DNA from: a virus
Lineage: Duplodnaviria > Caudoviricetes
Virus record (IMG/VR): IMGVR_UViG_3300042317_001691
Location: 14,020 to 78,019 of that record
Strand: one strand, 5' to 3'
Length of the DNA stretch: 64,000 bases
The notes under the pieces: generated by a model
The model's database searches: none
What the model was told of the DNA's origin: nothing
Seen by the model: only the letters and a program-made list of their open reading frames with translations
Shown here: positions 46,275 to 57,500 of the stretch, piece after piece
Position numbering within the stretch: position 1 is the first letter of the stretch
Layout: every line of letters begins with the position of its first letter
Position numbers and translations under genes: made by a program

Positions 46275-49200
46275 TATATATCCCCGATTACACAGATGCA
46301 AATACAAGCATCTGAATTTATTAAATAATTATAAGGATTAGAGTAAATAAAATTTGACAAATCATAATTAATCATTGCAACATTTTGTATTATTCTACTG
46401 CTTCCAGTCTCAGAAACGCTTGAACTTATTGCTCTAGGCAAGGTCACCGAATCAATCCAACAAACATTAGAAATAAGAGTTCCTTCTGGTGCAATAAATT
46501 TCAATCTAGTATTATTAAAATTATTTATATTATATATATAGTAATAAACTCCAGAAGTGCAATTATCAAAATCTAGTGGTTCGTAATTTTTTAATTCTAA
46601 AGTTTTTATTGGACTACAAATACAGCTTAACACATAATTAGAACTTAAATTTATAGGCTGAACACCACTAAATGTAAAGTATTTTTCCATACAAATACAT
46701 TTGCCAGACAGACTTTGAAGTATATCTTCTGAATTATAGAATAAACTTAAATTATTTCTCAGCAAAGAAAATCTAGCATCTTCTTTAAATCCAGTTGGCG
46801 TTCCAGTTATATTCCCAAATTCATCAATCAATATACAAGTTCCAGTTGATCCACCAGTAAAATTAATTGAACAAGATATATAATTTGTATTCTCATTAAA
46901 TATTTTGCAATTTAAATAAAATTCACCAGAGCAACAATTATATCCAGATTCAAAAAAAGTGATCCCAGTAGATATTGGAAATATATAGCTATACCCATCT
47001 CCACCAGTGTGCTTAAAAGCTATAGGATTAGAGTAGTCATAATTAAAAAATGAAATTTTTTCTTCAATTAAAAAATTTCCACTTCCACTTGGAATTATTG
47101 TATTGCACGTATAAAATTCATCTTTCAATTCCATCATAAATAAATTATATTCTGAGCTTCCATATGAAAAGCCAGTATAATTGATTGCATGAACTACACC
47201 ATTGTTTAATTCAGAAATTAAGAAAAACAAAAAATTATTCAATCCATAATTCAAATCGTCACTAAAACTAGAATATGGATTAATATAAAATTTATTATTA
47301 TTTTGAATTTTTAAATAAGTATTTAAATTTAATGAAACTGACGGAGCTTCATAGCCAATTAAATTTTCATTTTTTATTTTAGGAAAATTTAAGCAAATTA
47401 GATTTGAGTCGTACTGCAGACAATTAAATGAAAATCCACTATAACAAATACAAGAATCAAAAGTATTGACAATATCAATAACCTCATAATCATTTATTAT
47501 TTTAAAATTTCTTAAATTTAACGCTTTAATTGGAAAGTCAAAGTTGATGCATTTTCCAGTTACATCTAATATAATATTGACATTTATATCTGGTGGATAA
47601 TAAGTAATATCCCTGTATAGGATAGCGTCTACTGGATTATATCTATACTCCAATCCACTATAAGTAAAAATATTTTCACTATTACTTAGGAATACTTGGT
47701 AGCTTTCGGAATTTAAAGCGCCAGTCTTATCGAGCAATGAATTTGTATTTTTTCTTGATTCAGAAAAATTTAAATCTACGTAAAACATTTCTGGAGAATT
47801 TCCAGTATATCCAGAATCATTTATATCAACTAATTCTATTAAATTCTCAAAGCAAGAAGCGTCAACCACAAAGCTTTCACACCAATTCCCAGAAGATCCA
47901 GTTTCAAAAGAATAATTAAAATCTGCAAGTTCAAAACAATAAGACTGTGGAAAAATTTCGGACGGCGGAAGATATAAGTTTGAACGATTTAATGATTTTG
48001 TTTTTATATCTTTTATTGAAAAACCGCAATTTGAAACGAGACAAGATAAAGCGTTATTGCTTGAATTATTTGAAAAATTTAAAATTGAATTTCCACTTAA
48101 ATTGCAACAGTATATTTCACCATTTAAAATAATACATTGGTTTGAATAGCCATCTCCTCCACTGTTTATATATTTAAAATTATAAATTTTTTCTTCACTT
48201 GAGCTTATGTTATAATATAAACATAAGTTTAAATCATCTATAATTTCAACATTATGACCACTGTTGTATATATTGCTAGATATTAATCCATTCTGATTAT
48301 ACAAAGAAACGCAATTAATTCTTGTTAAGCCGCTTATGCAATTGAGCCCATAATTACTAGTATGATGTATTTCGCATTTAATATCAAAATTTCCAGTTTT
48401 GCAAAAAATTAAATCCAAGGAAATTCCAGAATTCACGTATCTTTCTAATGAAAAAGTATGTGGCATTAAAGAGTCTTTGGGAAACTCTCTTGGCTGAATG
48501 AGCAATAGAGTACCGCTTCCAGAACTCAAAGATCCAGTTGGATATGAAAAATTTCCACTGACGTCTAAGGTATATGGGAAAATACCAGTTGTGTATTTTA
48601 AAGATCTAATTCTTCCATCAAAAAAAGCGGATGGTGTATTAGTTTGGTGCGCACCCAGAACAAATTTACAATTACATATTGTTGGAGTTGGAAATATAGC
48701 ACCACTAGAACAATCTAAATATGCAGTTAAAATTCCATTTATATATCCATATAAACAGCAACAATCAGAAGCTACCATTAAGTGATAAAAACATCCAGTG
48801 CTAAATGTTTCATTTGATATAGCAAAATCAACATAACTACCGCAGGCGGCTAACTGCATTCCGACTCCACCTTCACCAAATCCCAATATAAAATAATTTC
48901 CATCTTGCCCGTTCCAAGCGCCATCGCCTCCGCCCTTCGCTATGACAAGCCCGTTGCCTGGAGAAAGCACGGTTTCCCAAGCGAAACATCCACTTAAATC
49001 AAAAAAATCATAATTCCCAGAATTAGGATCGCAAACAAAACTCAAATAGTTAGTTCCATCAAAAACCAGCGATCTATAATCCTCTAAATATAAATTTTGA
49101 TTTTCAATAAAGTTGCAAGTCTTTACATTGCCTTGATTGCATAAAACTATTTGACATGATCCTTGATTTATTGGAATTGAACATCCAGAAAGATATTCGT

Positions 49201-49750
49201 AAGAATATATTGGAAAGCATAAAGAGCAAACGTCAGAATAAAAAGCGTTACTAATCAATAAACTTGAATCGCAAATAAAATTATTTAAATTTTTATATTC
49301 ATAAAAAAATCCAAATGGATGATGGGATTTTGAATAGTACCTTGAGCCATCTTTATCAACATTTATTGTGAAAAATGCAGACTCATTTTTCTTTAATAAA
49401 TAATTACATTTTTCAAAATCGTAGACCCCAGAAGACGAATAACAAGAGTAATCCACAAATCCGCTGCTAATTGGTAGCGAAGAAAAATTAAAATATAAAT
49501 TGCAAGGACCATTATTTTTAAAAAATAAAAATGCATTATTTGAGTTATTCAAAAAAATAGGTTGACCTAATTCAGCATCTGACAAAAAAACACAAGTGTC
49601 TTGCGTTGAGCAAATCAAATTATATTTTGGCGATAATGAATAATCTACTGATACTTGCCCACCAGAATAAATTGAATTAGCAAAATATAAATCTTTACTA
49701 ATTTCATCAAAATCCCAATTTACAGATATTTGTTTTAAACAATCGTTCAT
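46274..49750 (-). CDS. Cys-rich tail protein with a LamG/ConA-like lectin domain (approx. 48500-49075)
   Basis: LVFDGTNYL...FAWE...HLMV...YINGIL...LGA...FDGRI..LKY. Confidence 0.7.
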   Translation of the reverse strand: MNDCLKQISVNWDFDEISKDLYFANSIYSGGQVSVDYSLSPKYNLICSTQDTCVFLSDAELGQPIFLNNSNNAFLFFKNNGPCNLYFNFSSLPISSGFVDYSCYSSSGVYDFEKCNYLLKKNESAFFTINVDKDGSRYYSKSHHPFGFFYEYKNLNNFICDSSLLISNAFYSDVCSLCFPIYSYEYLSGCSIPINQGSCQIVLCNQGNVKTCNFIENQNLYLEDYRSLVFDGTNYLSFVCDPNSGNYDFFDLSGCFAWETVLSPGNGLVIAKGGGDGAWNGQDGNYFILGFGEGGVGMQLAACGSYVDFAISNETFSTGCFYHLMVASDCCCLYGYINGILTAYLDCSSGAIFPTPTICNCKFVLGAHQTNTPSAFFDGRIRSLKYTTGIFPYTLDVSGNFSYPTGSLSSGSGTLLLIQPREFPKDSLMPHTFSLERYVNSGISLDLIFCKTGNFDIKCEIHHTSNYGLNCISGLTRINCVSLYNQNGLISSNIYNSGHNVEIIDDLNLCLYYNISSSEEKIYNFKYINSGGDGYSNQCIILNGEIYCCNLSGNSILNFSNNSSNNALSCLVSNCGFSIKDIKTKSLNRSNLYLPPSEIFPQSYCFELADFNYSFETGSSGNWCESFVVDASCFENLIELVDINDSGYTGNSPEMFYVDLNFSESRKNTNSLLDKTGALNSESYQVFLSNSENIFTYSGLEYRYNPVDAILYRDITYYPPDINVNIILDVTGKCINFDFPIKALNLRNFKIINDYEVIDIVNTFDSCICYSGFSFNCLQYDSNLICLNFPKIKNENLIGYEAPSVSLNLNTYLKIQNNNKFYINPYSSFSDDLNYGLNNFLFFLISELNNGVVHAINYTGFSYGSSEYNLFMMELKDEFYTCNTIIPSGSGNFLIEEKISFFNYDYSNPIAFKHTGGDGYSYIFPISTGITFFESGYNCCSGEFYLNCKIFNENTNYISCSINFTGGSTGTCILIDEFGNITGTPTGFKEDARFSLLRNNLSLFYNSEDILQSLSGKCICMEKYFTFSGVQPINLSSNYVLSCICSPIKTLELKNYEPLDFDNCTSGVYYYIYNINNFNNTRLKFIAPEGTLISNVCWIDSVTLPRAISSSVSETGSSRIIQNVAMINYDLSNFIYSNPYNYLINSDACICICVIGDI

Positions 49751-49751
49751 A

Positions 49752-50723
49752 CTATATTACATAATAATATTGATTATTATCAATTAAAATATTTGGGTTG
49801 GGATCTTCGGAAAATAAAACGTCAATATCGTGGCAATTTTTATATTTGAATACGTGACTCCATTCCGTGCAAATAAAAACCTTCTTTTGATTAAAGAAAA
49901 CTGGAAAGTCATAAATGAATCTTCTGTATCCGCATTTTTTTTCCAAAAAGAACAAAATCGATAGACACTCATCATCATCTATTGACTCAAATTTAATTCG
50001 ATACTCTTTGAGAATATTCGAATTTGATTTATACTTTAAATTTTGAACAAAAGAATTTTTATAATCAAATTTACGAAAATCTAATTCATTTTCTAATTGA
50101 AATGGCAATTTAGGAAAAAAGTTAAAATTTTTAGTCCAATTGTTTCTATTAAAAGCTCCAGCAGTTATGTCCTGTTTAGCAAACCAAAAATTATCAATCT
50201 TATTGCTTGTTACGGAATATTGTTCATTGTAAACAAATTGATTTTTTCTATAACTTTTTGACTCGGAGAAATTTAAATCAGAAATATTAAAAAATGAACT
50301 TGTTTTCCAAGTTAATATTGGGGCTTTAAATGGACACGATATTTCTAAAGTAATTTCATTCAATTGGTTGCTAGATCTAGATATTGAATAATCTTCGACA
50401 TATCCAATAAACTCTTTATATAGACCAGAACTATCGCTAAACTTTAATGGCTTGAAACCTCCAGCGGTTTCAATTGTCTTTAGTAAATTTCCAGCTTCGG
50501 TTTCGCTTAATAAAAATCTCAAAGAGTAATTAGAAATTAAATTATTCTCAGATGCAGGAAGCACTTTCAATGCATTGTCTACAGTTTCTATGAAATTATA
50601 TTTAGATTTAAAATTTATAGAGGAACCATAAATTGGTTTGTAAATTGAAAGATCATTTACATAAGCATACTTGGGATCTATGGAAGAATCCCTATCATAT
50701 AAATATGGATTATTGTACGCCAT
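49752..50723 (-). CDS. Distal tail protein with tandem lambda gpM-like domains
   Basis: Two repeats: YSLRF...LLKTIETAGGFKPLKF and YRIKF...ILFFLEKKCGYRRFIY...ICTEW. Confidence 0.7.
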   Translation of the reverse strand: MAYNNPYLYDRDSSIDPKYAYVNDLSIYKPIYGSSINFKSKYNFIETVDNALKVLPASENNLISNYSLRFLLSETEAGNLLKTIETAGGFKPLKFSDSSGLYKEFIGYVEDYSISRSSNQLNEITLEISCPFKAPILTWKTSSFFNISDLNFSESKSYRKNQFVYNEQYSVTSNKIDNFWFAKQDITAGAFNRNNWTKNFNFFPKLPFQLENELDFRKFDYKNSFVQNLKYKSNSNILKEYRIKFESIDDDECLSILFFLEKKCGYRRFIYDFPVFFNQKKVFICTEWSHVFKYKNCHDIDVLFSEDPNPNILIDNNQYYYVI

Positions 50724-51558
50724 AATATCCTATAAAATCTTTTTTAATCTCAAGAGTATTTTCATTTGAGATTTGAATTGAATCACTAATTAATTTTGCT
50801 CTTCGTATTGGAAGACTTAATAAAGAAGATCCAGTACCAGAAACATTAATATTGAAATCAGAATTTTTTGAAGTAAAATCGTCGTATTTATTAATGTCAA
50901 TGTTGGTAATATTTCTAACCAATTTTGCATTTATTGATGACTTTATTTCTAATGGTAAAATTAAAGAAACTTCGATAGGACTTAGTCCGCTGCCTATAGA
51001 ATAAAATGGCTGCCTCTTTATCGTCATCTGATAATCAAAAGCATATACATTGTATTTTGTTTTTAAATTTAGATCATATATTCCAGATATGGAAATTGAG
51101 TCTATTGAAGGTATGTCAATGTACTGAGAGTATTTTTCTATTTCCAAATTGTTATATTTTGGCAATTCATTTAATTGATTTATGTCACCTCCATATGACA
51201 CAAAAGAAGTTGAAACTTTGGGCAAATCTCCAATCCCAAAGTTTGCCGAATATGAATTCATGTAAAGATTGTTTACTTGATAGTACTGAGTCCCATTATA
51301 AACATATAAAGAATCAATCTTCTTGTCGCCAGTGAATTGAAGTAAAATATCATTTTGAATAATACTTCTCTCAAAGGTTAATTGGATTTCTTGTGGAGAA
51401 TTTAATAAGTACGTGTTATCTGAAATGCCCAAAGCGTACTCTGAATTATAAGAAAGAATTTTTTGAAAATTTAAACTATTAATACCATCAATTTCAATCA
51501 TCTTTTTAGTGGCGTCTCCACTTAAAAAATATATTTTATAATAGGATGGGTCTATCAT
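50710..51558 (-). CDS. Tail tube-fold paralog immediately after the TMP
   Basis: LYMNSYSANFGIGDLPKVSTSF and FDYQMTIKRQPFYSIG...P parallel the major tail protein. Confidence 0.65.
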   Translation of the reverse strand: MIDPSYYKIYFLSGDATKKMIEIDGINSLNFQKILSYNSEYALGISDNTYLLNSPQEIQLTFERSIIQNDILLQFTGDKKIDSLYVYNGTQYYQVNNLYMNSYSANFGIGDLPKVSTSFVSYGGDINQLNELPKYNNLEIEKYSQYIDIPSIDSISISGIYDLNLKTKYNVYAFDYQMTIKRQPFYSIGSGLSPIEVSLILPLEIKSSINAKLVRNITNIDINKYDDFTSKNSDFNINVSGTGSSLLSLPIRRAKLISDSIQISNENTLEIKKDFIGYYGVQ

Positions 51559-51559
51559 A

Positions 51560-54500
51560 TTATCTCAACATGCCTCCTAATCTTTTTTCTTCTTTTATTA
51601 CTCCCATTACAACTTCTTTAATTCTTCTGGCCATTTCTCGATTTTGACGGTCTTGATTTTCGGAAGAATCTTCTTCTTCTTTTTTAGATTTTCCGCTAGA
51701 GTCTGAATTCACAGTTATATTTATGGTTCCGACTCCACTGACTTTTTCCACTAATTCCTCTAATTTTGATTCTATTCTTGAGGTAGATTCATCTGAAGCG
51801 CCACCTGATCCTCCTCCACCAGAATTCATTTTTTGCAAATTATTGTATCCAATATTTTGAGCAGCTTGCTTTGATATAACAAATTCTCCACCATTTAACA
51901 TAGCTGGGACATTATCTCCCATGCCATTGCCTGGAATATATCCACCAGCAGCCCTGCGATTTCCCAACATTTTTTGTAAATACAAGTCTTTCTCTTTGGG
52001 AGTAAGACTCGTTACGGATTGATTGGGATTAAAAATATCTTTAGCATCGCCTCCACCAAATCCAAGATCGCCCATATTCATTCTCGAAGAGCTATAAGAT
52101 TCAGAAGGTTTAAACAAATTCATCGGATTCAATTTAGGCGCACTAAAACTCGAACTTGGGGACTGCCAACCATAAGTAACAGGAGTCCCTAACTGATCGT
52201 AGCCTAATCTACCAAAATTTTGAGCCATTCCATATCTACTGTTAAAAACGTCCTCGCTCATATTAACGTAGGAACTGCTTTTTGAATCCCACATTGCAAG
52301 ACCTTCTGTATTATTTAGTCCAGCTTGACCAGCACCTATTACAGAAAAATCTTTATACCCAGAAGAACTAAACATATTAGCTAGCCCACCTCTTGTTTCA
52401 CCCCCCATTGTTCCACCCGTAAATCCACCCATTAATTTTTCACCAAATGTGGCGGTTCCACCTTCTGCGGCTGCAGCTTGAGCTGTTGAACTCCATCCTT
52501 GTCCAAAACTATTTGCGGCGGCTCCAAGTGCGGCCATGCCTACAGACATTCCTATCTGAACAAGCATTCCTTTCATTTGTGCTTTTCTTTGAGCTTCTTG
52601 TTGTTTTTTAAATTCTTCAATTCTTTTTCTTGCTTCTTCTTCTATATTGAATTTTTCTTTTGTTGCTCCTATTCCTTCCAGATATAAATCAAAAGCTTTT
52701 TGTTTGGATTCAAGGTATTGTTGATTCATTGAGTTTTCTTGATTTCTCAAGCCAAAAAGAGTAAAATTGCCACTTCCTGCGCTTAAATTAATACCTTGCG
52801 GTCCAATTTTATCGAATTGAGTTCCTGTTGTTTGTTGAGTTGCGTATGCTAATAAATTTTTCTGACCCATTATTGCACCAGCTCCTCTTTCTCCAGGCAT
52901 AAAGAATCCACCTTCACCCGTTTGTTGGTTCTTGGCGTAGAAATCGCTCTGAGCTTTCATTAGAGCCATTTGCTTATCTTCTTCTTTCCCCTTATATGAA
53001 GATAAACCTATTACTTTTCCACTCTCGTCAAAAGACATGTCCCCAACTCTTGTTTGGCCGTATGGGGTATATTTTTTTGGATTAACCACCAAATCCTTTA
53101 GATCTGCTTCTTGAAAACCAACCATTCCGCCATTGGCGAATCCTTGAATTTTTCCAGAGTTTAATCTATCAAGAAAGCTTTTGCCATATTTTGAGGCGGC
53201 CTTTTTATTTATAACATATTCTCCACCCATTAACATTGCAGGGACATCATCTTTTGTCCCAGAACCGCCTACAATTGGTCCACCACTTGCACGTTCAACA
53301 TATTTCATTGATTGACCGCTAAGATCAAATGCGCCACCAAGTAAACCTCTAGTCAATTTATCTGCCATGTTACCCATTAATGCATCATTAATCCTTTGCA
53401 AGAACGATGTGGCCGCGCCAAGTAAGGCGTCTTTAACCGACTTAGTGCCACCAGAAATATCCTTCATTGCCTGAAGCATTGAATCTCTAAAGGCCATCGG
53501 TATATCTTTTCCAAGTTTTGTTTCAAATTGATTGATATTGGTATCTAATTCACTATAATAAGATTCAAAACCTGCAGCCATTCCACCGCCTCTATAATAT
53601 CTTTGCTTTTCTGCAGTTTTAAGTGCTTTTTCTTTTTCTCTGTCTGCAGCTTCTTTTTCCTTGGGAATTGCTCCAGGTACAATAAGAGATTCAGCTCTAT
53701 TTTTTGCTAATGTAGTTCTCGTTTGTTGTAGTTTGGTCTCTAATTCAGTTATTTTTTTATCTATTTCGGCAATCTGATTCTTATTATCATTCTCCTCTTC
53801 TGGAGAAACGGGTTGTTCCAAGATGCTTTTTTGATCTTTTAATTTTAATAAATCCGCTGCAATATTTTTTGAATCTTGTTCACGTAAAATTCTATCAATT
53901 TCACTTGAATTTGATTCGCCAGTTTCAATTGGGCTAGGCTTTCCAGAAAGTTCATTAGCAGCTCCAGTTACAATTCGTTTAAATTCTTTCGCTGCCGAAA
54001 CTACCGTATCTTCAAATCCTTTTGATTGTAATTCCGTGGCTTCTTGTATAACCTTTAAATACTCTTCTGGAGTTTTTGCTTCGGCTGCCCTTCTTTGTAA
54101 TTCTATGTCTTGTGGCGCTATTCTTTGAACTTCATTGAAAACATTTCTTCTAGTTTCTAATGCGGCTTGAGCATTCTTTGTTTGAATGTCTTGCAACCTA
54201 TCTGTATAAGTATTTTGCGCTCTTTGGACAGCAAGTTCATACTCATTGTCTCTTCCAGCCTTGTATGTCAAACTAGAGATTTCTAATTCTGCATCCCTTA
54301 TTTCTCGTATTGCAGAAAGTCTTTGCTGTTGGATCTGTAAACCTTTTTGCTGTTTATCTAAGTTGGAAGAGATTATGTCTCTTTCTGCTTGTAGATAGAA
54401 ATTTTGTTGTTTTGCTACGGCGGCATTTAATGTAGCTTGAGCGTTATCCCTTAGTCTTGCTTTGGATTGCCTTTCGGCAAGTTCTACTTGCAAACTAAAA

Positions 54501-57500
54501 AGTTTGTATATTCCTTTGAGAACTTCTTCTTGCGCTCCGAGAGTTTGAAGTTTATTTTCTTGATCTATTAAATCTTCTTTATTCAGCTCTAAAGTTCTAT
54601 CTAATATTTCAACTCCATACTCAAGTTCATTTTTCTCTAATATTAAATTTTCAATTCTATCTTGTATTTGTTTTGCAATCTCTTCTTGCTTACCCTTTAC
54701 TGGATCTAAAGCCCTTAATAAACCTGCTATTGCAGTTTTTTGAGCCTCAATTCCTTCAGCTTCTTGTACCTTTCTATAAGTTCCTCTAATTTCATTTGCT
54801 TGAGGTTCAGTTAAAGAACTCGCTCCAATTTGTAAAAATTTATTTATTCTTTCTTCGCCAACTCCTGCTGCAATATTTTGTATTTCTCCCTCCAATTTTC
54901 TTCTTTCTTCGAGAGCTTTTATTTCTAAATCTATTTGTACTTTCCTCGCTTCAGAAGTTGACAGCAACTCTTTTTCAATAGATAAAGAGTTTTCTCTTGC
55001 AGTTGGGATGGAGAATTCGAGTTGTTTAATTTGCTGTCTTATTCCTAATTCTTTTTTCAATAATTCAGATTCAATTAACAAAGCTTCTTCTCTTAGTGAA
55101 GCTGCGTATTGAACTATATTTGCTTCTCCAGCGAGGGTTTTTATATATTCTTGAAATAGTTTATATTTTCTATCTAAATTTACTCCTTCAACTTCTTGTC
55201 CATTTAGAATTGTGTCTTCAAGATCTTTTTGTTTTTGCTTTAATTCAGCAATGTCCTTTTCCACTTCTAATTTTCGCTTATCAGTTTCCAATTTAATTGC
55301 TCCAAAACCTTTGTCATCACCACTTAATCTCCTCTCTAAAAATGCTATTTTTTCTTTTACATTTTGCAATCTAAAATTAAAAGCTTCCTTCGGTGAAGTT
55401 TTTTGTTGGAACGCAAGAAATTCAGCAGTATTTTCTGGCCTAATACCAAATTGTTTTTCAAGTTTATCGATACTAACTTTCTGTTGAGAAAGTGGAACTC
55501 TTTTTTTTATTTCTTTTGAAGCTTCTTCGATATCTCTAACAAAATTAGCAATTGTAAAATTAACCCCTTCTTTGATTTCATCTGGTCCTGCAATATAGTT
55601 CGGCCCCTTTTCTTCTCTTATTTTTTGTTGAATAATTGGAATTAATTGATTTCCCAAAGCTCGCGTTAAATCCCTATTTCCACTGTTGCTCAATCCAGTT
55701 TTTCCTAAAGCGTCTGTAAGTTGTTTTTCATCTTCACTACTAAAAAAAGTAGAAAATCCGCTTCTATTAAAAAAACCTCTAAATCCAGCCCCCGAAACAT
55801 TTCCAGATTCAGAAATAGATTCTAGAATTTTTTTCTGTTGATTGTTTAAAGTTACGCCATATTTTTGAGTAGCTTCATCGAGCACGCTCATTGCTTTTTC
55901 AGTTTCTGAAACCGTTCCATTCAGAACTTGAAAAATTTTATCTGCAGCGTCTAATCCTTCAAAAGCTAAGAAAGCATAAGGTAATACCTTTAAAGCTTGT
56001 CCAGCGATTGCTGCAACACCTCCTTTTTCCCTTAAAGCCGCTCCTACGCTTTCCAAAGGACCAGCTTCAGCTTCTCTTGCAGCAGCATATGCTTGACCAG
56101 CTTTTGTTTCTTCAAATCTTTTGCCTTCATTAAATATATTATCAATTAAATCTTTTGATTCTTGTAGTGAATAAACTGCAGTACCTAAACCACTAATTGC
56201 TTCTCCAACAACTTTTGTACTTTCTCCAAATTTACTTAATACACCAGAAACAAATGATAATGCCGCTTGCCATTTAAATATATTAAATGTTGATTGTTGG
56301 ATTGATTTTATTTCATCATTTTTAGCATCAACTACTTTTCCAGATGCATCAGCTTCCGCTGCTTTACTTTCATTATTTTGATTTTGTGGATTTGGTGCTG
56401 GTAAACCTTCGACTCTAGCAAGTAATCTATCTTCAATATCTTTAGTTGTTGTAGACAAAATCCTTGCAGCATTTTCAATTGGACGAGCTAAGTCTTCGCC
56501 TATTTTATTGAATCTTTCCTCTAATGATTTAAAAATTATTTCAATCTTTTCTGGTGAAATTCCATCACCATCAGCAAAATTTGGAATCTTACCGTTCGGT
56601 TCGTCGCGTTTATTTATAACGGCTAAACCGTCTGGGTTTTGCCTATTAATTAATCTATTGTCTTTAACTACTGAAATTGCAGAAAGCGGAAGACCCGATT
56701 CAATCTTTTCTCTTGAGATTGCATCCATCAAAGCTCCACTTGCATAGTTTGGAATATATCCAGAATAAGCACTGGAAGAACCTCTTTCACGCTCTCGCAA
56801 ATAAGCTTGTCTTCTTTCCGATCTTTTTTTTGCTGCTCCTTTTAGATTTCTTTCGGGATTTGGAGCATCTAGTGCAGCTTTTATGGTTTTTATGACTTCT
56901 ATTGCATCAATCCCTTCTGGCATGTCAAAAATACTTTGAATTGCTTGATTCGCTAACTGTTCTACAATAGGATTTTTTACGGATGTTTTTATAAAATCCT
57001 TTAATCTTTTAATTATTCCATCTCCTTCGCCGACAACTCCATCTCCATCAAAATCTTCAGTGGGGTTCGCAAAATTAGGAATTCTTAAATTTGAATCTGC
57101 TTTTAATCTTTTTGAAGCTGGATCATATTTGACGCTCGACATCCAAGGCTGAAGTCCCGTTGGTACGCCGCCAGAAGAACTAAATTGTTGTACCAGAGCT
57201 TTATACTCTTCACTTCTGCCATAATTCCAACCTTTCCAAGTTGAATAAGCTTTATAATCACCTTGTGTTATTTGACTTATGAAAGTTTTAAGAATTTGTC
57301 GCCTTGCGAGTTTTTGTTTTTCTTGTTCTTCTAATTGTTTCTTTTCTGCCGCCTTGCGAAGTCCAACGCTCGAAACTCCCTTTGGAAATGCCTTAGAGGA
57401 GAATGGCATTAAATAGCTAAGATTTTTTTCATTCAATTCAGACGCATCTAGCTGAACGCCTCTTAGCTCTTCGTCTTGAGAAGTAAATTTAGCTTGGAAT

